Below, one piece after another: positions 37,985-47,231 of a stretch of DNA of 50,485 nucleotides. The stretch is from Candidatus Dormiibacterota bacterium (GTDB lineage Bacteria; Chloroflexota; Dormibacteria; CF-121). The translations under genes and the position numbers were made by a program. Where the stretch lies: assembly GCA_035947855.1 (NCBI GenBank), contig DASZJR010000039.1:1-50485 (forward strand), read 5' to 3'. Every line of letters begins with the position of its first letter. Position 1 is the first letter of the stretch. Below the pieces are notes generated by a model. The model was not told the origin of the DNA, ran no database searches, and worked only from the letters and a program-made list of their open reading frames with translations.

Positions 37985-39139
37985 TTATGAAGTCGCGACG
38001 GTCGTGTGGGCCGGTTCCATCGGATTGACCGTGACCAGGTTCACCGGGAGGCTGTCGTTCAGGAAGGTGGTGACGAAGGTACTCCGGGTCGGATCCCACC
38101 AGGTGATCAGGTACTTCGGGCCGGGCGGGATGCCTCCAGGAATGGAGAAGTTGCCCTTGGCGTCGGTGGTCGTCTGGTAGATATGGCCGCCCGAGTCGTC
38201 GTAGGTGTGGGCCTTCACGATCTTCCAGTGGCTGGCGATCCGCACCAGGCGGTTGGCCACCGGCGTCGGGTTCTGGTCGCTCACGATCAGCAGGCCGGTT
38301 AGCGGCTGGTTCGCCTGCAAGGCAGCGTTCCCCTGCGCCGCCCAGGTGGTCGCGGCATATGTCGTCACCAGTTCGGTCATGGCGTCGCGCGCCTGCTGGA
38401 ACCGCATTTGCCCCACGAAGGCGATGCCGGCGTTGTACAACGTCTGCGGCAGCGACGAGGTCTGCGCCAGCTTGGCATCAGGGCTGTCGGGAAATTCCTT
38501 GACCAGGTTCTCGTACCACATGAGCGCACTCGGGTAATCGATCGGCTGCTGCTGCAGGTACCACCTGGCGAAGCCGGCATAGGCGGCCGCCAGCCCGGCA
38601 TTCGTCGAGGCCGTCAGATTCCCGGTGGGATCGACGGCGGCGACCTGGCGGTACTTGTCGATGCCGGCCTGGAACTGGTTGCTCGCCACCAGGGACTGGC
38701 CCCAGGCATGGAAAAGGTCGGCGAGCGCCGCGTTGCCGCGGACGGCCCAGTCGGCGATGCCGCTGTTGATGGCCGCTCGAAGCTCGGCCTCGCTGTCGGC
38801 GAACCTGCCCTGCTGCGTGAGCTGGACGCCCCAGACGAAATGCGTTTCGGCGGTGCCGGCCTTCGCCCGATCCGCGAGGTCGCCAAGCAGGATCCGCGAG
38901 ACTGGGTTGCCGGCCACCGACTGTGCCGTCCCGAATTGGCTCAGGGCCCGGCTATAGGCGCCATGCGCCTCCGAGGTCTGGGCCTGCGAGAGCTGGTTGT
39001 TGGCGAACGCGTAGGTCACACACGGGATGGCCACCAGCAGCAGCGCGATACCGACCGGCAGCAGGAAAAGGCGGGTGCGGCGCGGTCGGGCGGCAGGCTG
39101 GTCCGGACCGGCCGGCGCGTACGGGGCTGCCTGGCTCAT
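37985..39139 (-). CDS. Membrane-anchored protein with a helical-repeat (TPR-like) region and a C-terminal carboxypeptidase-regulatory-like beta domain
   Basis: TM anchor LFLLPVGIALLLVAIPCVTYAF. C-terminal pattern LLIVSDQNPTPVANRLVRI...TTTDAKGNFSIPGGIPPGPKYLI. ATG 39139 lies within the ORF that opens at 39190. Confidence 0.65.
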   Translation of the reverse strand: MSQAAPYAPAGPDQPAARPRRTRLFLLPVGIALLLVAIPCVTYAFANNQLSQAQTSEAHGAYSRALSQFGTAQSVAGNPVSRILLGDLADRAKAGTAETHFVWGVQLTQQGRFADSEAELRAAINSGIADWAVRGNAALADLFHAWGQSLVASNQFQAGIDKYRQVAAVDPTGNLTASTNAGLAAAYAGFARWYLQQQPIDYPSALMWYENLVKEFPDSPDAKLAQTSSLPQTLYNAGIAFVGQMRFQQARDAMTELVTTYAATTWAAQGNAALQANQPLTGLLIVSDQNPTPVANRLVRIASHWKIVKAHTYDDSGGHIYQTTTDAKGNFSIPGGIPPGPKYLITWWDPTRSTFVTTFLNDSLPVNLVTVNPMEPAHTTVATS

Positions 39140-39252
39140 CTCGACTGGGGCGAATAACGAGTTGACCTTCTCGAGCCTGCGCCGGTACACTGGTGGACCG
39201 GAATTGTTGAGTTTGTGAATCTAGTAAGTCAACTTTAAAGAGGAGAGGCAAT

Positions 39253-40122
39253 ATGGCGAAGTCCGCGACCGAGCTCACGGAGACTGAGTACGCGCATCCC
39301 GAGGTACTGGTCGACACGGCATGGGTCACCGAGCACGCGAACGACCCGAAGGTCAAGCTCGTCGAGGTCGACGTCGATACCTCGGCGTATGACAGCGGTC
39401 ACGTCAAGGGCGCGATCGGGCTCGACTGGCGCAAGGATCTGCAGGCGCGGCCGGTTCGCGACCTGCTGCCTAAGGCGGAGCTCGAGAAGCTCCTCTCGTC
39501 CAAGGGCATTAGCAACGAGGACACCATCGTCGTCTACGGCGACAACAACAACTGGTTTGCCGCCTGGTTCGTCTGGAATCTGAAGTACTACGGCCACAAG
39601 GACGCCCGGCTGATGAATGGCGGCCGGAAGAAATGGCAGGACGAGGGTCGCGAGCTTTCCAACGATGCTCCGACCATCAAGCCGGCCAGCTATACAGCGG
39701 GCAAGACGGACACGTCCATCCGGGCACTTCGCGACGAGGTCCGGGCCGATCTGGGCAAGGCCGGCGTGGCGCTGGTCGACGTCCGCTCCCCGAAGGAATA
39801 CAGCGGCGAGCTTCTGGCGCCGGAGAATCTTCCGCAAGAGGGCGCGCAGCGCGGTGGGCATATCCCCGGCGCGGCCAACATTCCCTGGGCGCAGGCCGTC
39901 CGCGAGGACGGGACCTTCAAGGCGGCGTCCGACTTGAAGGCGCTGTACGAGGCGAAGGGCGTGACGCCAGATAAGGCGGTCATCGCCTACTGCCGGATCG
40001 GGGAGCGCTCCTCCCACACCTGGTTCGTCCTTCACTACCTGCTCGGCTATCCCGATGTCAGGAACTACGACGGTTCCTGGACTGAATGGGGAAGCCTGAT
40101 CGGCGCTCCCATCGAAAGATAA
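39253..40122 (+). CDS. Thiosulfate/3-mercaptopyruvate sulfurtransferase (tandem rhodanese domains)
   Basis: 289 aa with the active-site loop YCRIGERSS and HIPGAANIPW. RBS AAGAGGAGAGG. Confidence 0.9.
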   Translation: MAKSATELTETEYAHPEVLVDTAWVTEHANDPKVKLVEVDVDTSAYDSGHVKGAIGLDWRKDLQARPVRDLLPKAELEKLLSSKGISNEDTIVVYGDNNNWFAAWFVWNLKYYGHKDARLMNGGRKKWQDEGRELSNDAPTIKPASYTAGKTDTSIRALRDEVRADLGKAGVALVDVRSPKEYSGELLAPENLPQEGAQRGGHIPGAANIPWAQAVREDGTFKAASDLKALYEAKGVTPDKAVIAYCRIGERSSHTWFVLHYLLGYPDVRNYDGSWTEWGSLIGAPIER

Positions 40123-40147
40123 GCCTCGCCTAAAACGCGCCGCAAGA

Positions 40148-40178
40148 AGTCACGGCCGAATGACGGTCGTGACTTTTT
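40148..40178 (+). terminator. Intrinsic terminator after the sulfurtransferase gene
   Basis: An 11-bp stem AGTCACGGCCG / CGGTCGTGACT (one G-U pair) with a 5-nt loop, followed by TTTT. Confidence 0.7.
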
Positions 40179-40297
40179 GCCACATAGCGTGACCTCGCGA
40201 CCGGAGTAGCGTTATGGGATCGGCGAGAGCGGGTGGCCGGCTTCCTTAGGAGGGGTGCCGTCCCGGACGCTGCCTGACAAAAGAGGGGTGTCGGTCG

Positions 40298-41677
40298 GTG
40301 AGGGGTTTGCGCCGTTTGGTTTTTGTCCTCGTAGTCGGCGGATTGTTGTCGGCCGTCCCGCTGTCCGCGGTTGCCAGCGAAAACATCCTCGCGAGTAATG
40401 TCCAGCGGGCGGAGGCTGGCTTCAACCAGGCGCTGGCGGATGCGATTCGCAGGGGATTGGACACCGGTGCCGTCGACACGCTGACGTGGAGGTTCACCCA
40501 GGTGCAGGCGATCAAGGCATCGGCATGGTGGCAGCTGCCGATCACCGATCACCGCAAGCTCGACGCGCTCAATCAACTGGACGCCGACCTGCATGCGCTC
40601 TACGACAAGCAGGTCACTGAGACCCGCGATGCGCTCGATCGCCAGCTTCACCGCTGGAATGCGATGTTGGCCGAGGCGCAGAGCGCCGGCGTGTCGGTCG
40701 ATGGTCTCGAAGCGAACTCCGCGCAGTTCTCGAAGGTGGGCGCGGAGGCCGCCACGCCAAATCAACTGCTCGCGCTCGCCTCCGTCTTGAGTCAGCAGTA
40801 CTGGATCCTCGATGGGCGGCTGGCCGCCTTCCGGACGGCCCGCGCTCAGGTGGACGCGGCGATCCAGTCCGCCAGCTCGCTCGTGGCGAACGCCGCCCAG
40901 TACCCGCAGCTCAGCCTTGCCGCCTTCAATACGCAAATCAGCGACGCGAAGACGGCGGTGGCATCGGTGCATAGCGCCGACGCCTTCGCACCGATCCTGG
41001 CGCAGGTCCAGCAGACGGCAGTCGGCGTCCAGGGGTTGCTCGATTCGCGCACCGCCGCCATCAACCAGTTGGCGGACACGCGCTCGACACTTGCCTCCGC
41101 GCAGTCGATCGGCGCGGCGCTCGGCAACCACCCGGGCACGATCAACTACCTGGCCGGGCAGCTTTCGGGAGCCGGCGATCAGGGAACGTTCCAATCGATC
41201 GCGGGTCAGCTGTATCAGGAGAAGCAGTCTCTGGCCAGCGCCATCTACCTCAAACAGCAGGTCCCAATCTCATACAACGCCGGCGTCGGCAAGGTGATCG
41301 TGATCTCCCTGTCCCGCCAGGTGCTCACCGCCTTCCAGGATGGCAACGCAGTCCTGACCACCTTCGTCGCGACGGGCCGCCCCCAGCTGCCCACCCCGCC
41401 AGGGGTCTACCGGATCTTTGCCCGGTATTCGCCCTACAAGATGATCTCGCCCTGGCCCTACGGCAGCCCCTGGTGGTATCCGCCGTCCTGGACCAACTGG
41501 GCCATGGAGTTCATCGGAGGCGGGTACTTCATCCACGACGCCCCCTGGCGCTCGTGGTACGGTCCCGGCGCCAACCTCTATAACGGCACCCACGGTTGCG
41601 TGAACGTGCCCTACAGTCCGATGGCCACGCTATGGAACTGGGCGCCCAACGGCACCACCGTCGTCGTCCAGTACTGA
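40298..41677 (+). CDS. L,D-transpeptidase (YkuD domain) with a long N-terminal helical region
   Basis: Signal or anchor segment MRGLRRLVFVLVVGGLLSAVPLSAVA. C-terminal YkuD domain with FIHDAPW and GTHGCVNV (catalytic His and Cys). Confidence 0.85.
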   Translation: MRGLRRLVFVLVVGGLLSAVPLSAVASENILASNVQRAEAGFNQALADAIRRGLDTGAVDTLTWRFTQVQAIKASAWWQLPITDHRKLDALNQLDADLHALYDKQVTETRDALDRQLHRWNAMLAEAQSAGVSVDGLEANSAQFSKVGAEAATPNQLLALASVLSQQYWILDGRLAAFRTARAQVDAAIQSASSLVANAAQYPQLSLAAFNTQISDAKTAVASVHSADAFAPILAQVQQTAVGVQGLLDSRTAAINQLADTRSTLASAQSIGAALGNHPGTINYLAGQLSGAGDQGTFQSIAGQLYQEKQSLASAIYLKQQVPISYNAGVGKVIVISLSRQVLTAFQDGNAVLTTFVATGRPQLPTPPGVYRIFARYSPYKMISPWPYGSPWWYPPSWTNWAMEFIGGGYFIHDAPWRSWYGPGANLYNGTHGCVNVPYSPMATLWNWAPNGTTVVVQY

Positions 41678-41703
41678 GCGAACCGATACCTTACTTATAT
41701 AGG

Positions 41704-41734
41704 GCGGGGGCCGGCGCGCCCCCGCTTCGGTTTT
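41704..41734 (+). terminator. Intrinsic terminator after the L,D-transpeptidase gene
   Basis: GCGGGGG-loop-CCCCCGC followed by TTCGGTTTT. Confidence 0.65.
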
Positions 41735-41747
41735 AGGCGATGACGTC

Positions 41748-41776
41748 ATTGACGATCGCCCCAAACTCTGGTATGA
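41748..41776 (+). promoter_or_regulatory. Sigma-70-type promoter upstream of rpmG
   Basis: TTGACG (41748-41753), 17-nt spacer, TATGAT (41771-41776), with TG at the extended -10 position (41768-41769). Confidence 0.55.
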
Positions 41777-41842
41777 TTTGAACTCGCCTAGCAGTTGCTA
41801 GGTCTTTTTTGTGTCTGGAGCCTTTCATCCCCTGGAGATTCA

Positions 41843-42001
41843 ATGCCTGCCCTAGCGTCGATCATCACCCTGCAGTGTCAGACCTGTAAGGAGCGTAACT
41901 ACACCACCGTCAAGAACAAGAAGAACGACCCCGACCGGCTCGAGGTCAAGAAGTTCTGCCCGCGGTGCCGGAAGCATACTGCCCACCGGGAAACCAAGTA
42001 G
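41843..42001 (+). CDS. rpmG: 50S ribosomal protein L33
   Basis: [52 protein letters not shown] with CxxC...CxxC. GGAG RBS. Confidence 0.9.
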   Translation: MPALASIITLQCQTCKERNYTTVKNKKNDPDRLEVKKFCPRCRKHTAHRETK

Positions 42002-42042
42002 CGTGGCAGCAACCTTCTTATACTGTTGGCGCCGACCGGCAC

Positions 42043-42118
42043 AGGGGTGTAGCTCAGTTGGTAGAGCAGCGGTCTCCAAAACCGCGGGTCGGGCGTTCGA
42101 GTCGCTCCACCCCTGCCA
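42043..42118 (+). tRNA. tRNA-Trp (anticodon CCA), CCA end encoded
   Basis: AGGGGTG-TA-GCTC-AGTTGGTA-GAGC-A-GCGGT-CTCCAAA-ACCGC-GGGTC-GGGCG-TTCGAGT-CGCTC-CACCCCT-G-CCA. It sits in the canonical position between rpmG and secE. Confidence 0.93.
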
Positions 42119-42136
42119 GACTCAGGTATAACTACC

Positions 42137-42397
42137 ATGGCCAAAGCTGTTCCGACCGAGCCAAGGGCGAATAGAGTGCAACGCACCACAACTCCCGCAC
42201 CGCGCCGGGGTATCATCCGGAACTTCGAGGACATCCTCGGCGAGCTCCGCAAGGTGATCTGGCCTAGCTGGGGTGAGCTCCGCACGATGACGTTTGTCGT
42301 GATCGTGACGGTGGTAGTGGTGTCCCTGATGCTTGGACTGATCGACTACGTGCTGACGCAAACCCTCGTAAAACTGGAGTTCCCCAAAGTTGGCTGA
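42137..42397 (+). CDS. secE: Preprotein translocase subunit SecE
   Basis: 86 aa with a single C-terminal TM segment after ELRKVIWPS, in conserved synteny. Confidence 0.85.
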   Translation: MAKAVPTEPRANRVQRTTTPAPRRGIIRNFEDILGELRKVIWPSWGELRTMTFVVIVTVVVVSLMLGLIDYVLTQTLVKLEFPKVG

Positions 42398-42404
42398 GGC
42401 AGAG

Positions 42405-43145
42405 ATGAACGGCAAGGCGCAAGAGGCGCAAGGCGCGCCCGCGCCGGCAAAGCCACGCGGCCGTCGGCCCGCGCCCAAAGAGGCTGCTGAAGCCGGCCGC
42501 GTCTGGACCGGCGAGCGAGTCTCGGTCGGCGAAGGCCATCCGGCCCCGCCCGAAACACCCTCGTCGCCGCCGCTCGCGGTTGTTCCGGCGGGCGAGGCCA
42601 AGCCGGTCCCCGCCGAGGGCGAGCCGCACTGGTACGTCGTTCATGCCTATTCCGGTCACGAAGAGAAGGTGCGCAACAACCTGATGAAGCGCGTCGACTC
42701 GATGGACATGCACGATCGGATCTTCGAGGTGCTCGTCCCCACCGAAGATGTCATCGAGATCAAAGACGGCCAGCGGCGTCACGTCGCCAAGCGAACCTTC
42801 CCCGGCTACATCCTGGTCAACATGATCATGTCGGACGAGTCCTGGTACGTGGTGCGGAACACGCCCGGCGTGACCAGCTTCGTCGGCTCCGGCAACAAGC
42901 CGGTGCCGCTCCAGGAGAAGGAGATCAAATCGATCCAGAAGCAGATCAAGGCGGAAGCGCCCAAGGTACGGGTCGAGTACCAGGTGGGCGAGAACGTGCG
43001 CGTCATCGATGGGCCGTTCTCGGACTTCCACGGCAAGGTCGATGAGATCAACGCCGACAAGGGCAAGCTCAAGGTGTTGGTGAACATGTTCGGCCGGGAG
43101 ACACCGGTCGAGCTGGACCTCCTCCAAGTGGAGCGGTTGAAGTAA
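42405..43145 (+). CDS. nusG: Transcription termination/antitermination factor NusG, with a Pro/Ala/Glu-rich N-terminal extension of about 70 aa
   Basis: [24 protein letters not shown], and the KOW region [24 protein letters not shown] prefer ATG 42405 over TTG 42390. Confidence 0.9.
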   Translation: MNGKAQEAQGAPAPAKPRGRRPAPKEAAEAGRVWTGERVSVGEGHPAPPETPSSPPLAVVPAGEAKPVPAEGEPHWYVVHAYSGHEEKVRNNLMKRVDSMDMHDRIFEVLVPTEDVIEIKDGQRRHVAKRTFPGYILVNMIMSDESWYVVRNTPGVTSFVGSGNKPVPLQEKEIKSIQKQIKAEAPKVRVEYQVGENVRVIDGPFSDFHGKVDEINADKGKLKVLVNMFGRETPVELDLLQVERLK

Positions 43146-43573
43146 TGGGAAAGAAGAAAGTCAAGGCGATAGTCAAGATCCAGATGGAAGCGGGCAAGGC
43201 CACGCCCGCGCCGCCGGTGGGTACCGCGCTCGGCCCGCACGGCGTCAACATCATGGAGTTCGTCAAGACCTATAACGACCGCACCGCGTCGATGGCCGGC
43301 CAGGTGATCCCGGTCGAGATCACGATCTTCGAGGACCGCAGCTTCACCTTCGTGACGAAGACCCCACCCGCCGCCGCCCTGTTGAAGAAAGCGGCCGGTG
43401 TGGAGAAGGGCTCGGCCAAGCCGAACAAGGAGAAGGTCGGCAAGGTCAGCAAGCAGCAGGTGCGCGAGATCGCGCAGCTCAAGCTGAAAGACCTCAACGC
43501 CTACGACGTGGAGGCGGCGATGAAGATGATCGAGGGGACGGCGCGATCGCTCGGCATCGAGGTGTCTGCCTGA
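43145..43573 (+). CDS. rplK: 50S ribosomal protein L11
   Basis: [44 protein letters not shown] overlap with nusG. Confidence 0.95.
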   Translation: MGKKKVKAIVKIQMEAGKATPAPPVGTALGPHGVNIMEFVKTYNDRTASMAGQVIPVEITIFEDRSFTFVTKTPPAAALLKKAAGVEKGSAKPNKEKVGKVSKQQVREIAQLKLKDLNAYDVEAAMKMIEGTARSLGIEVSA

Positions 43574-44277
43574 TGCCGCAAGCGCGTGGCAAGAAATACC
43601 GCGAAGCCGCCAAAGCCATCGAGCGCACCGAGCAGTACGCGCCCGACGAGGCGGTGCGGCTCGTACTGAAGAGTTCGACCTCGAAATTCGACGGCTCGAT
43701 CGAGGCGCACCTGCGGCTGGGCGTCGACCCGCGCCACGCCGACCAGATGGTCCGCGGCTCAGTGGTGTTACCGCATGGCACCGGCAAGAAGCGCCGGGTG
43801 CTGGTGTTTGCCACGGGCGAGAAGGCCCGTGAGGCGACCGAGGCTGGCGCCGACTACGTCGGCGCCGAGGATCTCGTCAAGCGGATCCAGGAAGGCTGGC
43901 TCGACTTCGATGTCGCGCTGGCGACGCCCGACATGATGGGCCAGGTCGGCCGGCTGGGCAAGATCCTGGGGCCGCGTGGCCTGATGCCGAACCCGCGGGC
44001 GGGCAGCGTCACCTTCGATATCGCCCGGGCGGTGAAGGATATCCAGGGGGGCCGGATCGAGTACCGCGTCGACAAGACGGGCATCATCCACACCAACATC
44101 GGTAAGGCCTCGTACAGCGAAACACAGCTGAAGGATAATTTCGCAGCGCTGATGGACGCGGTCGTGCGCGCCAAGCCGAGCTCGGCCAAAGGGCAGTACC
44201 TGAAGTCCGTCTACCTGTCGCCCACGATGGGTCCGAGCGTCCCGGTCGACCCGGCTGCCGCCGGCCGGATGAGTTAG
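43573..44277 (+). CDS. rplA: 50S ribosomal protein L1
   Basis: [27 protein letters not shown] and [17 protein letters not shown] overlap with rplK. Confidence 0.95.
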   Translation: MPQARGKKYREAAKAIERTEQYAPDEAVRLVLKSSTSKFDGSIEAHLRLGVDPRHADQMVRGSVVLPHGTGKKRRVLVFATGEKAREATEAGADYVGAEDLVKRIQEGWLDFDVALATPDMMGQVGRLGKILGPRGLMPNPRAGSVTFDIARAVKDIQGGRIEYRVDKTGIIHTNIGKASYSETQLKDNFAALMDAVVRAKPSSAKGQYLKSVYLSPTMGPSVPVDPAAAGRMS

Positions 44278-44294
44278 CTACAACCGCGCGTCCG

Positions 44295-44681
44295 ATGGCT
44301 AACACGAAAACCGGTGACCCCGCGGTCGATACCTTCCTCAAGGGCTACGCCCCGCAGGTCCGCGAGATCGCCGTCAAGGCGCGCGAGGCCATCCTTTCGG
44401 TCCTGCCGGATGCGACGGAGAAGGTGTTTGTGGGATGGAAGGTGATTCAGTACGGCGCGGGCGCCGGTCGCGAGGACGTCTTTGCCGTGATCTCGCCGCA
44501 GCGCGAGCGGGTCAATCTTGGGCTGGCGAACGGTGCCGGGCTCCCGGATCCGGAGGGATTGCTCGAGGGCACGGGGGTCGGGATCCGACATGTCAAGTTG
44601 ACGTCGCCCGAGGCGGCGGGTGCCCCGGCGGTCAGAGAACTGATCCGGGGCGCGTTGCAAGCGACCAAGAACGGCGCCTGA
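44295..44681 (+). CDS. DUF1801 domain protein inserted between rplA and rplJ
   Basis: 128 aa: FLKGYAPQVREIAVKAREAILSVLPDATEKVFVGWKVIQYG. Confidence 0.68.
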   Translation: MANTKTGDPAVDTFLKGYAPQVREIAVKAREAILSVLPDATEKVFVGWKVIQYGAGAGREDVFAVISPQRERVNLGLANGAGLPDPEGLLEGTGVGIRHVKLTSPEAAGAPAVRELIRGALQATKNGA

Positions 44682-44808
44682 TATACTCACGCTCCACAAC
44701 TAAATAGCCGAAGACCGCTGGTGCCGGCTCGACCGGCTCAATGTCCAGCGCAGGCGAGCAGGATGCGATAACGGCCTCCTCGCCTGTTGAGCGAAGGAGG
44801 TTTTTTTA
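44682..44808 (+). promoter_or_regulatory. rplJ (L10) leader region with a terminator-like hairpin that contains the Shine-Dalgarno sequence
   Basis: Hairpin CCTCCTCGC-CTGTTGA-GCGAAGGAGG (44775-44800) followed by TTTTTTT (44801-44807). The AAGGAGG in its 3' arm lies 8 nt before the TTG start at 44809. A second hairpin, GCCGG-CTCGA-CCGGC, lies upstream. Confidence 0.5.
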
Positions 44809-45393
44809 TTGGCCACGGGACTCAAGAAAAAAGACGAGAAGATCGATAAGAAGGCGGAGAAGGCCGCGACCGTCGCGGACATCACCGCCCGGCTGAAGGC
44901 GACGTCGACCGCGGTGCTCGCCGACTATCGCGGCATGACCGTCGGCCAGATGCGGGACCTCCGCAGCAAGCTGCGGGGCGGCGGCATCGAGATGATCGTC
45001 GTCAAGAACACCCTCGCGCGCCGCGCCGCCAGGGCGGCCGGCTACGAACCGCTCAACGCCGAGCTGGTCGGGCCGATCGCGATGCTGTTCGCCGCCGATG
45101 ACGTCTCGGCGCCGGCCCGCATCCTCAACGAATTCATCCGGGCCAACCGCAAGATGGTGATCAAGGCTGGCCTCCTCGAAGGCCAGGTGATCAACGCCAA
45201 TGCCGTCACGGAGCTGGCCGACCTCCCCTCGCGCGAGATCCTGCTGAGCCGCCTGCTGGGTGCGATGCAAGCTCCCCTGGGCAACCTGGCCAGTATTCTG
45301 CAGGCCCCGATTTCCAAGCTCGCCCGTACGATCGACGCCGTTCGCGCCCAAAAAGAATCGCAGTCACCGGCCCCCGCGCCGGCCACAAGTTAG
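44809..45393 (+). CDS. rplJ: 50S ribosomal protein L10 (TTG start)
   Basis: TAVLADYRGMTVGQMRDLRSKLR and synteny with rplL. Confidence 0.9.
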   Translation: MATGLKKKDEKIDKKAEKAATVADITARLKATSTAVLADYRGMTVGQMRDLRSKLRGGGIEMIVVKNTLARRAARAAGYEPLNAELVGPIAMLFAADDVSAPARILNEFIRANRKMVIKAGLLEGQVINANAVTELADLPSREILLSRLLGAMQAPLGNLASILQAPISKLARTIDAVRAQKESQSPAPAPATS

Positions 45394-45402
45394 GAGGAAC
45401 CA

Positions 45403-45792
45403 ATGGCAAAAGTCAGTGTCGACGATTTCGTCTCCGCGTTGAAGGAATGGACCGTGGTGGATGTCATGAATGCCATCAAGGCCATCGAAACCGAGTTTGG
45501 CGTGACGGCTGCGGCACCGGTGGCGGTGGCGGCCGCGCCGGCCGGCGGGGGGGCGGCCGCCGCCGCTCCGGAAGCCGAACAGACCGAGTTCCAGGTGGTG
45601 TTGACCTCCGCGGGAGACGCCAAGATCGGCGTGATCAAGGTGGTCCGCGAGATCACCGGTCTCGGCCTCAAGGAAGCCAAGGACCTGGTCGACCAGGCGC
45701 CCAAGCCGGTCAAGCAGGGCGTCAACCGCGAAGAGGCCGAAGCCGTCCTGAAGAAGCTGAAGGACGCAGGCGCCGGCGCCGAAATCAAGTAG
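45403..45792 (+). CDS. rplL: 50S ribosomal protein L7/L12
   Basis: Ala-rich hinge, then [24 protein letters not shown]...[15 protein letters not shown]. Confidence 0.95.
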   Translation: MAKVSVDDFVSALKEWTVVDVMNAIKAIETEFGVTAAAPVAVAAAPAGGGAAAAAPEAEQTEFQVVLTSAGDAKIGVIKVVREITGLGLKEAKDLVDQAPKPVKQGVNREEAEAVLKKLKDAGAGAEIK

Positions 45793-45819
45793 CGGGGAAG
45801 GGGATTGATCCCCTCCCCG
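45793..45819 (+). terminator. Strong hairpin immediately after rplL (no U-tract)
   Basis: CGGGGAAGGGGA-TTGA-TCCCCTCCCCG, 11 bp with one bulge. Confidence 0.4.
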
Positions 45820-45844
45820 ACCTTGCTGCGGGAAACGTGAGGTC

Positions 45845-46810
45845 GTGGCCAGGCATCTGATCTCGACGCAGGGCCCGCTGGTTGACGCTCAGGCCGAGTC
45901 GATCGCGGCCTGCCTGGCGGAAAACAAGCAGGGATTCTGGCTCGACATCGAGAATCCCGACGACTCCGACTACGAGCTGCTGGAGAAGACGTTCAAGTTT
46001 CACCCGCTCGCGCTCGAGGACATCCGCCACCAGAACCAGCGACCGAAGCTCGACGAGTACACCGGCTACGTTTTCGTCGTCCTCTTCACCGCCGAGTTCG
46101 ACGGCGAGCGGATCCAGATCCGCGAGCAGCACCTCTTTCTCTCGCCGCAGTACCTCGTGAGTGTTCACATCGAGCCCTCGCCGCCGCTCGACCGGCTTCG
46201 AGAGCGGATCAGAGCTAACCCCGACCTCGCCCACCGCAACCTGCCCTTTCTCTTTTACCTGGTCGTCGACCAGCTGGTCGACGCGATCTTCCCGGTGATC
46301 GACCAGGTGGATGACGCTACCGAGCGGCTCGAGGAGAGCATCGTTCTCAAGGCTGAACCGGCCAGCCTGGGCATTCTCACGACCCTGAAGCGGGCCGTGA
46401 TCGACCTGCGCAAGGTGCTGGGGGCGCAGCGGGACGTGTTCCAACGGCTGACCACTCACACGGTCGGCTTCGAAGGCGGACAGGACATGACGATCTATTA
46501 CCGCGACGTCTACGACCACATCATTCGCCAGTACGAGACCGTTGATTCGCTGCGCGACCTGCTGACCAGCGCGATGGACGTCTACCTGTCGACCGTGTCC
46601 AACCGGCTCAACCAGGTCATCACCCGGCTCACCGTCTTCGCCACCCTGTTCCTGCCGTTGACCTTCATCACCGGCTTCTTTGGCATGAACTTCGCCTGGT
46701 TGGTGGCCCATATCGCGCCGACCTGGACCTTCTGGGTGTTGGCGGTGGGCGTGATGCTGGCGACGACCGCCCTTCAGCTCCTGTATTACCGCCGGCGGGG
46801 CTGGATCTAA
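45845..46810 (+). CDS. corA: CorA-family magnesium/cobalt transporter
   Basis: 321 aa with two C-terminal TM segments and the signature FFGMNF. GTG start. Confidence 0.9.
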   Translation: MARHLISTQGPLVDAQAESIAACLAENKQGFWLDIENPDDSDYELLEKTFKFHPLALEDIRHQNQRPKLDEYTGYVFVVLFTAEFDGERIQIREQHLFLSPQYLVSVHIEPSPPLDRLRERIRANPDLAHRNLPFLFYLVVDQLVDAIFPVIDQVDDATERLEESIVLKAEPASLGILTTLKRAVIDLRKVLGAQRDVFQRLTTHTVGFEGGQDMTIYYRDVYDHIIRQYETVDSLRDLLTSAMDVYLSTVSNRLNQVITRLTVFATLFLPLTFITGFFGMNFAWLVAHIAPTWTFWVLAVGVMLATTALQLLYYRRRGWI

Positions 46811-46823
46811 GGCTCGTCCCGGG

Positions 46824-47219
46824 TCAGGACTTCGTCAGATCGGCGATCCGGCAGGGAATGTCGGCGTCCTCATCAAGGTGGTAGCTCGCGCAGATCCGGT
46901 GGTAGCCGTCGGCGATCGTGAGCGCGACCTCGGAGGTCAATTGCCCGCGAACGAGCAGCACGGGAGAAAGCTGCTTTCCTGCCTTGAGCTTCTGGAGATC
47001 GCGGGCGACGTGAAAATTTTCGGGAGGCAGCACCGGTAGCCGGCTGGCGCGGAGGAGATCCTTCGCTTTTCGAGTCGTGAGCGGCGCGCCGCGGAGGCGC
47101 CGCACGATGCGCTTGGCTGCGCTCGGCGCCATAAGCAGGCTCAGATAGCTTTCGGCCGCCGGGTAGTCGTGGTCGTCGGGTTCTTTCTTCCAGGTCTCTT
47201 TCGCGGTCTTGGCGGGCAT
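46824..47219 (-). CDS. Hypothetical protein with a ParB/Srx-like DGYHR motif
   Basis: 131 aa. SPVLLVRGQLTSEVALTIADGYHRICASYH resembles the ParB N-terminal/sulfiredoxin-fold core. It starts 12 nt downstream of the antiporter gene on the same strand. Confidence 0.55.
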   Translation of the reverse strand: MPAKTAKETWKKEPDDHDYPAAESYLSLLMAPSAAKRIVRRLRGAPLTTRKAKDLLRASRLPVLPPENFHVARDLQKLKAGKQLSPVLLVRGQLTSEVALTIADGYHRICASYHLDEDADIPCRIADLTKS

Positions 47220-47231
47220 GACCGGAGCGTA

